From IMG/VR virus record IMGVR_UViG_3300000976_000009, positions 109,151-173,150 of that record: a DNA stretch of 64,000 bases; one strand, written 5' to 3'. The DNA comes from a virus. Position numbers and translations under genes: made by a program. Shown in pieces: positions 31,677 through 39,205 of the stretch. How positions within the stretch are numbered: the first letter of the stretch is position 1; each line of letters begins with the position of its first letter. The notes under the pieces were generated by a model. It saw nothing but the letters and a program-made list of their open reading frames with translations. It was not told where the DNA came from and searched no databases.

Positions 31677-32141
31677 ATGGCTAAAAAGAAAGCAGTAGGA
31701 TATGTGGAAGTATTCCCAGATGTGCAATCAGTATTTGATGATGTAATCCTTAGAACTCAATTAGAGAAATATGGAATCACAATTAAAGTGTTGGCGTTGG
31801 ATTCACAAAAGAAGATTTTTACATTAACAAAATCAAATGCATTATTAAAGCATGAGACAAATGTTGATGTATATATCACAATCAATCAAAGAATTTTTGA
31901 GGGTTTAACTGAACCACTTAAAATTTTACAAGTAGAGGAAGCATTAGCTGGAATTTCTTGGAATGGGACAAAGGTTGATGTTAAGAAGGGTGATGTTACA
32001 ACATATTCTGGATTACTTAACCAATATGGTTATGGGGAATCTAAGAAAGGTGGTAACACGTCTTATGTTGTTCTTCAAGAAACACTTAAGTCTTTATATA
32101 ATAAAGCTAAAGAGGAAGATGCCGAAGCAGCAAACCAATAA
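31677..32141 (+). CDS. Hypothetical protein
   Basis: ORF behind a TAAATTTG promoter. Confidence 0.6.
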   Translation: MAKKKAVGYVEVFPDVQSVFDDVILRTQLEKYGITIKVLALDSQKKIFTLTKSNALLKHETNVDVYITINQRIFEGLTEPLKILQVEEALAGISWNGTKVDVKKGDVTTYSGLLNQYGYGESKKGGNTSYVVLQETLKSLYNKAKEEDAEAANQ

Positions 32142-32406
32142 GACCAAGGAGGCTATCCAAGAACTTATTAGGGATGACCGTTCGATTGTATTCTATGATG
32201 GACTGGAAGAGGCAGTAGTAGGGACGGCTGAGAGGTTTAATATGTCTCCAGTCGTTGCTTATGATGTCGAAAAGATTTTAGAGATTTACATGGAAAGAGA
32301 TGAAATGTCTTATGAAGAAGCTCTAGAATATTTTAATTATAATACGATTGGTGGTTGGTATGGAAAAGCAACCCCAGTATTTATTAGAAAAATTGAAACA
32401 AAATGA
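31963..32406 (+). CDS. Conserved-looking phage hypothetical protein (true start probably about 32120)
   Basis: DGLEEAVVG...VVAYD...EEALEYF.YN..G.W.G..TPVF. Confidence 0.55.
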   Translation: MGQRLMLRRVMLQHILDYLTNMVMGNLRKVVTRLMLFFKKHLSLYIIKLKRKMPKQQTNKTKEAIQELIRDDRSIVFYDGLEEAVVGTAERFNMSPVVAYDVEKILEIYMERDEMSYEEALEYFNYNTIGGWYGKATPVFIRKIETK

Positions 32407-32615
32407 TAGCATTAACAAATAGGGCAGTTCAAGAGGATTTATATAAGATTTTAAATCTTAAAAAAGACCCATATGTTTTGACTGGAGATAACGTTGGTGA
32501 ATATAAATTAGTTACAAAAACTAGTGATACTAGTACAATGTCTTACCCATATAAGACTAAAGAAGCTTGTTATAGTGACTATAATGAGATAATCAGAATT
32601 AAAAATTTATTATGA
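32403..32615 (+). CDS. Hypothetical protein
   Basis: ORF track, ATGA overlaps. Confidence 0.5.
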   Translation: MIALTNRAVQEDLYKILNLKKDPYVLTGDNVGEYKLVTKTSDTSTMSYPYKTKEACYSDYNEIIRIKNLL

Positions 32616-33352
32616 TACAAGGAAAAAGTAATTACAATTGGTATGCAGATTTTCAAAATTTTGCTATAAATCATATAGGTGTTTCAAGTATGGAATTCCA
32701 AAATTGGGAAAGGTTACAGAATACATTATATAATAATGTTGCAACTGTTAATGTTGGGGCATCATTAACGCCATATGTTCCAGAGCCAAATAAAATGGAA
32801 GTAACAATGATTGATATCTTCTCTAGAATGATGATGGATAGAACACTTTGGTTAGCTGGACCAGTGAATGACCAAATGAGTACAGTTGTTCAAGCACAAC
32901 TACTTTATTTGGACCAATTAGATTCATCGGCTGATATTATGGCATATATTGATTCACCAGGTGGTTCAGTTAAATCGGGTCTATCTATTGTAGATACAAT
33001 GAATTATGTGGGTGCTAATGTGTCAACAATTTGTACAGGTATGGCAGCATCTATGGGTTCAATATTATTAGGTAATGGTGAAAAAGGTAAGAGATTTATT
33101 TTACCACATTCTAAAGTAATGTTACACCAAGTATCATACGGAGCCCAAGGTAATGTTCAAGATGTTGATATATCTCATCGAGAAGCATTAAAATATAATG
33201 ATGAATTATTCAGATTACTAGGTTCTTTTTGTGATAAAGACCCAGAAGAAGTACTAAAGGATGCTACCAGAGATTTATGGATGACTGGTGCAGAAGCTGT
33301 TGAATATGGTATTTGTGATGATATTATTGTTAAAAAAAATGATATCAAATAA
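32612..33352 (+). CDS. clpP: ATP-dependent Clp protease proteolytic subunit
   Basis: DIFSRMMMDR, YIDSPGGSV, GMAASMGS (Ser), VMLHQ (His), RDLWM (Asp). Confidence 0.93.
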   Translation: MIQGKSNYNWYADFQNFAINHIGVSSMEFQNWERLQNTLYNNVATVNVGASLTPYVPEPNKMEVTMIDIFSRMMMDRTLWLAGPVNDQMSTVVQAQLLYLDQLDSSADIMAYIDSPGGSVKSGLSIVDTMNYVGANVSTICTGMAASMGSILLGNGEKGKRFILPHSKVMLHQVSYGAQGNVQDVDISHREALKYNDELFRLLGSFCDKDPEEVLKDATRDLWMTGAEAVEYGICDDIIVKKNDIK

Positions 33353-33381
33353 TTAAAATATTAAAAAAACCGAAATAATAC

Positions 33382-33411
33382 TTGCTATTTCGGTTTTTTT
33401 ATGTATATTTG
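33382..33411 (+). promoter_or_regulatory. Bacteroidota-type promoter for tmRNA, overlapping the clpP terminator hairpin
   Basis: TTG-N19-TATATTTG; the TTG sits in the loop of AAAAAACCGAAATA..TATTTCGGTTTTTT. Confidence 0.65.
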
Positions 33412-33453
33412 TATAGTTATAAGAAACAAACTAGAAATAGTTCTTTGATTTAT

Positions 33454-33817
33454 GGGGATGACTTTGGATTCGACAATCTATAGTCGTAAATAGTAAGCAT
33501 GTACTGCGAGGTAAATAAGCAGTTAAAATAATAGATGCAACTTTTTTAAATGGAAATATTTTTAATATTGACGAAAACTTCCTTGCTAACGCTTCTGTAG
33601 AAGTAGTTGCTGGAGAGGCAATCGCAGCCTAACCGATGCGTTACGGGTTAATAGCCCACAGGAACGAACAATCTCAAGTTGCTAAAATAGGGAAACGTTG
33701 CTTGACAGCTCTAACGTAAAAAATAGTCAAAGATTTGCTAATTTATAAAAATTAGATAAACATGTAGAAATCCGTTGAAGAATAGATTACACGAGGGTTC
33801 GACCCCCTCCATCTCCA
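33454..33817 (+). ncRNA. ssrA: tmRNA
   Basis: 5' GGGGATGACTTTGGATTCGAC; 3' T-arm GAGGGTTCGACCCCCTC + CATCTCCA; G3.U70 pair; tag frame 33552-33632 GNIFNIDENFLANASVEVVAGEAIAA* after TAAAT. Confidence 0.93.
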
Positions 33818-33937
33818 CGCAAACGCTTTTATACTAAATTCGCTAGTGTAAAAATAAGACCTCATATGGGGACAGAAAAGCTCACAATCGGTGGGCTTTT
33901 TTTGTTTCCAGAAGTATTTATACTTAAAGGACTTATT

Positions 33938-34303
33938 ATGGCAACAAAAAAAACGAAATTCAAATTATTTAGAGATATTCTTAGGGAAAATGGGAAATAC
34001 TCACAAGGTAGGGTGTATCTATTTTGGTCGATAGTGGCTTATTATATAACTCTTGGTATAATAACTATTAATGGTATTAACAAATCAGATGTAGATATGG
34101 AAAATTTTAAATTAGTGGTTGATGCATTGGAATATGCTATGACATTATTTGCTGGTTATGTATTTGGTGGTAAAGCAATTCAAATTGCTAAAATATTTAA
34201 GAATGGAACTAATAATCCAACAAATAAGGTAACTAATTATGATAATGAGGGGTATGATGAATATGATTCAGACACATATCCAGATGATTCTGATAATATA
34301 TAA
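33938..34303 (+). CDS. Holin-like two-TM membrane protein
   Basis: GKYSQGRVYL followed by two TM helices and an acidic tail. Confidence 0.5.
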   Translation: MATKKTKFKLFRDILRENGKYSQGRVYLFWSIVAYYITLGIITINGINKSDVDMENFKLVVDALEYAMTLFAGYVFGGKAIQIAKIFKNGTNNPTNKVTNYDNEGYDEYDSDTYPDDSDNI

Positions 34304-34334
34304 AAAAAAGGAGACTATATAGTCTCCTTTTCAA

Positions 34335-34454
34335 TTATTTACCATTTTTATTACTATTATTAGTAGTGTTGGTATTAGTAGTGTTAGTCTTAGTACTATT
34401 ATTATTATTAGTAGTAACGACCTTTGACTTTTTCTTTTTACATCCACATCCCAT
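34335..34454 (-). CDS. Small MGCGCKKK peptide with Asn/Thr-rich tail (39 aa, not in ORF track)
   Basis: Minus-strand ORF between a GATATTTATTTAT motif and a bidirectional terminator. Confidence 0.5.
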   Translation of the reverse strand: MGCGCKKKKSKVVTTNNNNSTKTNTTNTNTTNNSNKNGK

Positions 34455-34559
34455 GATTTGTATATTTTAAAATTTTGTTATCGTTATAAATAAATATCAA
34501 AATCTAACAAAATAAATAGTTTATTTGATTTTTAATTAAAAAAACCGTATATTTGCCGT

Positions 34560-35378
34560 ATGGATAAGTTATTATTAAAAGAAATATTATCAATCCCTAG
34601 TTATTCACGTAGGGAAGACCGTGTTAGGGATTATATTATTAAATTTGCTCAAAAAAAGAAAATACCTCACATTGTTGATGAATTTGGTAACGTATTTTTA
34701 AAAAAAGGAAATATAGATGAAGGTCAAGGGTATCCTTGTGTTGTGGCACATATGGATACAGTCCATAGGTCACAGTCAGAAATGGTAGATAGTGAACTTA
34801 ACTTAGATATTATTGAGAAGGAAACAAATGAAGGCACAATTCTGTATGCCCAAATGCCTAGACCTTCTGGTGTACCACTTAGTACTGGTATAGGTGGTGA
34901 TGATAAAGCTGGACTATTCATTTGTTTAAGTCTTATTGATAAACTAGATGTAATAATGGGTGCCTTTTTTGTTGAAGAAGAGATTGGATGTAATGGTTCT
35001 AGAAAAGCAAAACGTGGTATTGGTAATGGGTATTTAGAAGAAGCAGCATATTTTATCCAATTTGATGCCCCAACTAATAACTGGACTTCTAGGGTTTGTG
35101 GTGGTGTTGAATTATTCAACGATGAGTTTGCAATGGTTTTAAAACCAATTTGGGATAAATACGAATTGTCCACACCAAATATTAATGACCCTTTTACTGA
35201 TGTTAAAGAATTAAGATTAAATTACCCAGTATGTTGTATAAATTATTTTGCTGGTTATATGGATATGCATTCACCAGTTGAATATGTGGTTATTGAATAC
35301 ATTGAAAAAGCAATAAATGTTGGAGCAAGTACGATTATTGAATTAGGTAAAGACATATATTTATATAAAAAAGATTAA
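34560..35378 (+). CDS. M20/M28-family zinc peptidase
   Basis: VAHMDTV, GGDDKAG, VEEEIGC.GS, QFD, HSPVE. Confidence 0.8.
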   Translation: MDKLLLKEILSIPSYSRREDRVRDYIIKFAQKKKIPHIVDEFGNVFLKKGNIDEGQGYPCVVAHMDTVHRSQSEMVDSELNLDIIEKETNEGTILYAQMPRPSGVPLSTGIGGDDKAGLFICLSLIDKLDVIMGAFFVEEEIGCNGSRKAKRGIGNGYLEEAAYFIQFDAPTNNWTSRVCGGVELFNDEFAMVLKPIWDKYELSTPNINDPFTDVKELRLNYPVCCINYFAGYMDMHSPVEYVVIEYIEKAINVGASTIIELGKDIYLYKKD

Positions 35379-35605
35379 TGAATTTATTTAAGAGATATAG
35401 CGTATCTGTTTTAGATGGAAAATGGGAAACTATTTTTCCATTAATTAAAGTTAAATACATGCCCCGTTCTGGGGAATTAATTTATCTATCTGATAAAAAT
35501 TATTATAGGGTTATTAATGTGGTTCATAATATCAATAAAAAACATGGTATCTTTTTAATTGTTGAATTATTAGGTAAAAATCCAGAAGAGTTAAGTAAAC
35601 AATAG
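35378..35605 (+). CDS. Hypothetical protein
   Basis: ORF track. Confidence 0.55.
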   Translation: MNLFKRYSVSVLDGKWETIFPLIKVKYMPRSGELIYLSDKNYYRVINVVHNINKKHGIFLIVELLGKNPEELSKQ

Positions 35606-35635
35606 ATTTTTATAGATTTTCGGATATTTATTATC

Positions 35636-35932
35636 ATGAAAACAATTTTAAGTAAAATCGGTTTATTTTTCAAATGGTTAGTTATTACTAATTTTGGGAG
35701 ATTACTATTATCATTCATTTGGATATTTTTATGGATGGGAATTAACAGTCTTTTATTGGACAATTCAAATTATAGTGGTTGGGCAGTATGGGTTGCATTT
35801 GTAGGTGTAGCTTATTTAGTCGGATTTACATTAGTCGCAATAGTTTATGCGTGGATTTTAAACCCAATTAGGGACCGTAAAGCCATGAAAAAAGCTAAAG
35901 CTGAATATGAAGCTAAGGAGAAAAATAAGTGA
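35636..35932 (+). CDS. Membrane protein
   Basis: Two TM segments. Confidence 0.55.
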   Translation: MKTILSKIGLFFKWLVITNFGRLLLSFIWIFLWMGINSLLLDNSNYSGWAVWVAFVGVAYLVGFTLVAIVYAWILNPIRDRKAMKKAKAEYEAKEKNK

Positions 35933-36387
35933 TGATTTATAGTATTCTAATTCTATGGTCTATTTATGCAATCCTTGAAGGAAAGAGAGAAGCAATATTC
36001 TGGCACCATAGAATAAAATCAACAGATTATAATTCATTCAAAACAATAGACAGACATCCACTGTTTATGGTACAAAGAGGTTTGGTATTAGTAGTTAGTG
36101 CAATCACATCATATTATATAAGTGGAAATATATGGTTAACATTATACATTTTCATTATGAATTGTTTAGTTTTTAGTTTTTTCCACAACGGTATGATGTA
36201 TAGAGAAAGGAATGAAATGTCTAGAATAGCGTCCCCAATCGATTCTACTAAATGGGTTTATGCAAAAAGATGGTGGGACCAAAGTAGTACATCAACAGCA
36301 AAATTAACAAAATTCATGACCCCTAATAGTAGAACAATACAAATGGTAATTGGGGTTATAGGGTATATTATATATCCATTTTTATAA
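35929..36387 (+). CDS. Membrane protein
   Basis: Multiple TM segments. Confidence 0.55.
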   Translation: MMIYSILILWSIYAILEGKREAIFWHHRIKSTDYNSFKTIDRHPLFMVQRGLVLVVSAITSYYISGNIWLTLYIFIMNCLVFSFFHNGMMYRERNEMSRIASPIDSTKWVYAKRWWDQSSTSTAKLTKFMTPNSRTIQMVIGVIGYIIYPFL

Positions 36388-36411
36388 TAAAATAGTTTCT
36401 AAATAAGAAAA

Positions 36412-36621
36412 ATGAAGAAGACAATTAAAATCAAAAACTTAATTGAGCGTTATAAGGCGTTCATTCGTTATAAAGAAATGGCTAAAAAAGAGTTACCAGA
36501 ATCGATAGAATATTATAGATTTATTGAAATGGATGCATTAAGGGAAATAGCCAAATTAAAGGCTGAAAGTCCAACTAGTTTTAAGTTTGCTTGTGCCATT
36601 AATAGATTAATTTTGAATTAA
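36412..36621 (+). CDS. Hypothetical protein
   Basis: ORF track. Confidence 0.45.
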   Translation: MKKTIKIKNLIERYKAFIRYKEMAKKELPESIEYYRFIEMDALREIAKLKAESPTSFKFACAINRLILN

Positions 36622-36655
36622 TTTGATTTTTTTATGAAATTTTTTATAAAAAAGC

Positions 36656-36685
36656 TTGCTATTTAGAAAAAGTTTAGTATCTTTG
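36656..36685 (+). promoter_or_regulatory. Bacteroidota-type promoter driving the small-RNA cluster
   Basis: TTG-N19-TATCTTTG. Confidence 0.7.
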
Positions 36686-36744
36686 TATTGTTGTTAATGA
36701 TAACACAAAAAGAAAAAGTTCTTTATTTTATTGAAATTAAAAAA

Positions 36745-36905
36745 TTGTCATAAGAATGATTGCAGCAAATTGTACAAATTCAAACAATCTACAGTTAAGA
36801 AGAAAGAGGGGTTTTAGTATAGGCTTCCCCACGGTAAATCCAAATTGAATAGCTGCCATGTTGCTAGGCTCATGTAAAAATAGCTTAAACTATCATTCTG
36901 GACAA
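36745..36905 (+). ncRNA. CAGCAA-family small RNA, copy B (long form)
   Basis: TTGTC/GACAA and AGAATGAT/ATCATTCT terminal stems, CAGCAA, blocks shared with copy A. Confidence 0.6.
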
Positions 36906-36916
36906 ACTTATTATAT

Positions 36917-37014
36917 GGGGAGGTAGTGTAAGAGAGAAAAGAATTTACTTCGGTAAGTTTTCGAGCACGGTAATCCACCAATTACAAGTACAGGTTCAAG
37001 TCCTGTCTTCCCCA
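36917..37014 (+). ncRNA. tRNA-like RNA with a hairpin inserted in the D-loop and a 6-nt anticodon loop
   Basis: GGGGAGG/CTTCCCC-A acceptor, GTGT/GCAC D-stem, UUCG-capped insertion, GTAAT-CCACCA-ATTAC, canonical T-arm ACAGG-TTCAAGT-CCTGT. Confidence 0.7.
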
Positions 37015-37019
37015 CAAAT

Positions 37020-37071
37020 GGAGATGCATGCATTGAAAGGCATGATTTAAGAGCAATACCTAACATCTCCA
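37020..37071 (+). ncRNA. D-armless mini-tRNA-like RNA 1
   Basis: GGAGATG/CATCTCC-A; CATGC-ATTGAAAG-GCATG hairpin; second hairpin with CAATA loop. Confidence 0.6.
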
Positions 37072-37076
37072 CAATT

Positions 37077-37171
37077 GGGTTTATTAGTATTACCTACAAA
37101 CGAAAGTGACTTTAGTTGACACATCGATTTGAATGGTTGAGACTACGCTAGTTCATGACTAGATAAGCCCA
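37077..37171 (+). ncRNA. Degenerate tRNA-like RNA
   Basis: GGGTTTA/TAAGCCC-A acceptor, CTAG-TTCATGA-CTAG T-arm; core not canonical. Confidence 0.45.
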
Positions 37172-37182
37172 CAGCGTTTAAC

Positions 37183-37246
37183 GGTTAGTTACAGCAAATT
37201 ATTTAAAACATTAGATTCAAACTCTAAAGCGTTAAAGACTAACCAG
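37183..37246 (+). ncRNA. CAGCAA-family small RNA, copy C (short form)
   Basis: GGTTAGTT/GACTAACC stem, ACAGCAA, internal TTAGA-TTCAAAC-TCTAA hairpin. Confidence 0.55.
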
Positions 37247-37313
37247 ATAGATATTCCGCTAGAATATTTGAATTTTAGCGAATACAACTCTTTGATTCCC
37301 TTGACACTTACTT

Positions 37314-37413
37314 GGGAACTTAAGGTGGAAGACCTTTTCGAAGAGCACATGGTAATGAGTATATTAAATCTTAGGGTTTTATGATACTAAGAAGTTCAAT
37401 CTTCACATTCCCA
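37314..37413 (+). ncRNA. Degenerate tRNA-like RNA
   Basis: GGGAA/TTCCC-A ends, GAAG-TTCAAT-CTTC T-like arm. Confidence 0.3.
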
Positions 37414-37418
37414 CACAT

Positions 37419-37491
37419 TGCGGGGTAGAGCAGTTGGTAGCTCGCAAGGCTCATAACCTTGAGGTCGCTGGTTCGAGTCCAGCCCCCGCTA
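37419..37491 (+). tRNA. tRNA-Met(CAT), initiator-like
   Basis: Canonical cloverleaf, 1:72 mismatch, CAAGG-CTCATAA-CCTTG. Confidence 0.9.
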
Positions 37492-37496
37492 CACAT

Positions 37497-37547
37497 GGAG
37501 ATGCACTTATTGTGAAAAGTGATTAGGAGTCAATACCTACATCTCCA
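37497..37547 (+). ncRNA. D-armless mini-tRNA-like RNA 2
   Basis: Same acceptor as RNA 1; CACTT-ATTGTGAA-AAGTG; TAGG-AGTCAATA-CCTA. Confidence 0.6.
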
Positions 37548-37552
37548 CATAC

Positions 37553-37608
37553 GGTTCGGATAACTATCCCCAAGACAGTTATTAGGAAGTTAAATTTTCC
37601 CCGAACCA
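37553..37608 (+). ncRNA. D-armless mini-tRNA-like RNA 3
   Basis: GGTTCGG/CCGAACC-A; ATAACT/AGTTAT hairpin; GGAAG-TTAAAT-TTTCC T-like arm. Confidence 0.55.
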
Positions 37609-37613
37609 CTAAA

Positions 37614-37672
37614 AGAGTCCGTTCAGCAAAAATTTATAATTTTTTTTAGGATAAAAACAAAAGGTGACTCTG
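37614..37672 (+). ncRNA. CAGCAA-family small RNA, copy D (short form)
   Basis: AGAGTC/GACTCT stem, TTCAGCAA, internal TTTTT-TTAGGAT-AAAAA hairpin. Confidence 0.55.
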
Positions 37673-37684
37673 TATTATTAAACT

Positions 37685-37710
37685 AAAGCTAACTTAAGTT
37701 AGCTTTTTTT
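37685..37710 (+). terminator. Rho-independent terminator ending the small-RNA cluster
   Basis: AAAGCTAACTTAAGTTAGCTTTTTTT. Confidence 0.7.
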
Positions 37711-37712
37711 AT

Positions 37713-37802
37713 GTGTAAGTAATACTTGGGTGGGTGTACAACCACTATTAACAAGAGGATTAGACCGTATACAGGTTGGAGGTTCGAACCCTTCCTTATG
37801 CT
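37713..37802 (+). ncRNA. tRNA-like element directly upstream of the release-factor gene
   Basis: GTGTAAG/CTTATGC acceptor-like stem, GGAGG-TTCGAAC-CCTTC T-arm, no recognisable anticodon arm. Confidence 0.45.
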
Positions 37803-37833
37803 CGATAATAACAACTTCCTAAAACCAAAAACG

Positions 37834-38503
37834 ATGGAAACTATTTATTTAGAAATCAAAGATGCCCAAGGTGGTAAAGAATCGAAGTTATTGGTGGGAG
37901 ATATGAGAGATATCTACATCAAAACAGCGAAGAATAATAACTTCAAATGAACTGCAATTACAGATAGAGACGGATTTGTCTGTCTATGTCTTTAGCGGTG
38001 TTGGTGTAAAGAAAGTATTCAAGAACGAAGTAGGAACCCATACGTGGCAACGAGTATCTCCAACTGAAAAAAGAGGGAGAACCCATACTTCATCAATCAC
38101 GGTAGCAGTATTAGATAAACCAAAATACAATGAAGTCGAAATCAGACCCGATGAAGTTCGTATAGAAAGGACTATTGGTACTGGGAAAGGTGGTCAAAAC
38201 AAAAACAGGAGAAGTACTTGTATTGTTATGACACACTATGCAACAGGAATAAAGGTTGTACGTGATGGTAGAAAACAACACAAGAATTTAGAGGATGCTT
38301 ACAAGGAAATGAAGAAGCGAGTAAATGATTACCATAAGAATGGTCACATTGAAAATGAATCATCCCAACGTAAGCAACAAGTTAGTGTTACTGATAAGAG
38401 AAGAACCTATAAAGTTAAGACTGGTTTAGTTGAAGACCATATAACAGGTAAGTCAACTAAGATTAAGAATATCCTTAGAGGTAAAATCGAATTACTACAA
38501 TAA
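37834..38503 (+). CDS. Class-I peptide chain release factor homolog lacking domain 1; needs UGA readthrough (37948-50) and a +1 frameshift at CTT-TAG (37990-95); about 222 aa
   Basis: LEIKDAQGGKES..DM..IY, then *TAITDRDGFVCLCL, then +1 SGVGV...NEVGTHTWQRVSPTEKRGRTHTSS...GKGGQNKN...RRTY; collinear with RF1/RF2 domains 2-4. Confidence 0.8.
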
Positions 38504-38591
38504 TAAAAAACCCCATAATGGGGTTTTTTAATTTTCACCTTGTGGGTAATCAAAAAAAAACATATCTTTGTGTTAATTAAAAACAAAAATT

Positions 38592-39089
38592 ATGAATAAG
38601 AAAATATTAATACTAGGGCACGCTAGACATGGTAAAGATACGTTTGCTGAAATACTAAGAGACCATTTTGACCTTAAATTTAAATCATCATCAGTTGCTG
38701 CATCTGAGATTTTCCTTTATGACACACTTAAAGATAAATATGGGTATCAAACACCCGAAGAATGTTTTGAAGATAGGGTGAACCATAGACAAGAATGGCA
38801 TGAGCTTATCGTTGATTATAATAAAGATGATAGAGCAAGATTAGCTAAAGCTATATTAAAAGATGCTGACTGTTATGTTGGTATGAGAAGTGGTTTGGAA
38901 ATCGAAGAATGTAAAAGACAAGGTTTATTTGATATAATTGTATGGGTTGATGCCTCAGAAAGACTTGACCCAGAACCAAAAGAGTCATTTAATATAGATA
39001 TTTCTTACGCAGACTTTATTGTCCCAAACCACGGTACATATAAGGAATTTGAGGAAAGGGTGTTACGTATAGGGGAGATTTTTAAATAA
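38592..39089 (+). CDS. Deoxynucleoside monophosphate kinase-like P-loop protein
   Basis: ILGHARHGKDT, YVGMR..E. Confidence 0.7.
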   Translation: MNKKILILGHARHGKDTFAEILRDHFDLKFKSSSVAASEIFLYDTLKDKYGYQTPEECFEDRVNHRQEWHELIVDYNKDDRARLAKAILKDADCYVGMRSGLEIEECKRQGLFDIIVWVDASERLDPEPKESFNIDISYADFIVPNHGTYKEFEERVLRIGEIFK

Positions 39090-39205
39090 AAATTAAGGAA
39101 AAACTTGTGAGAGTAAAATAAAGCCCTTATCTTTGTAATCCAACAATGACCAATAGTGGTCGAATTTTAATAAATTATATTTTTAACTAAAAACAAGAAA
39201 AACAA

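Noticed and set aside
36745-37672. CRISPR array interpretation of the repeated small elements
   Set aside because: No identical direct repeats with regular spacers and no cas genes; the similarity is structural
37726-37833. TTG-start N-terminal extension of the first RF ORF
   Set aside because: Overlaps a tRNA-like element; RF similarity starts at ATG 37834, which has an A-rich leader
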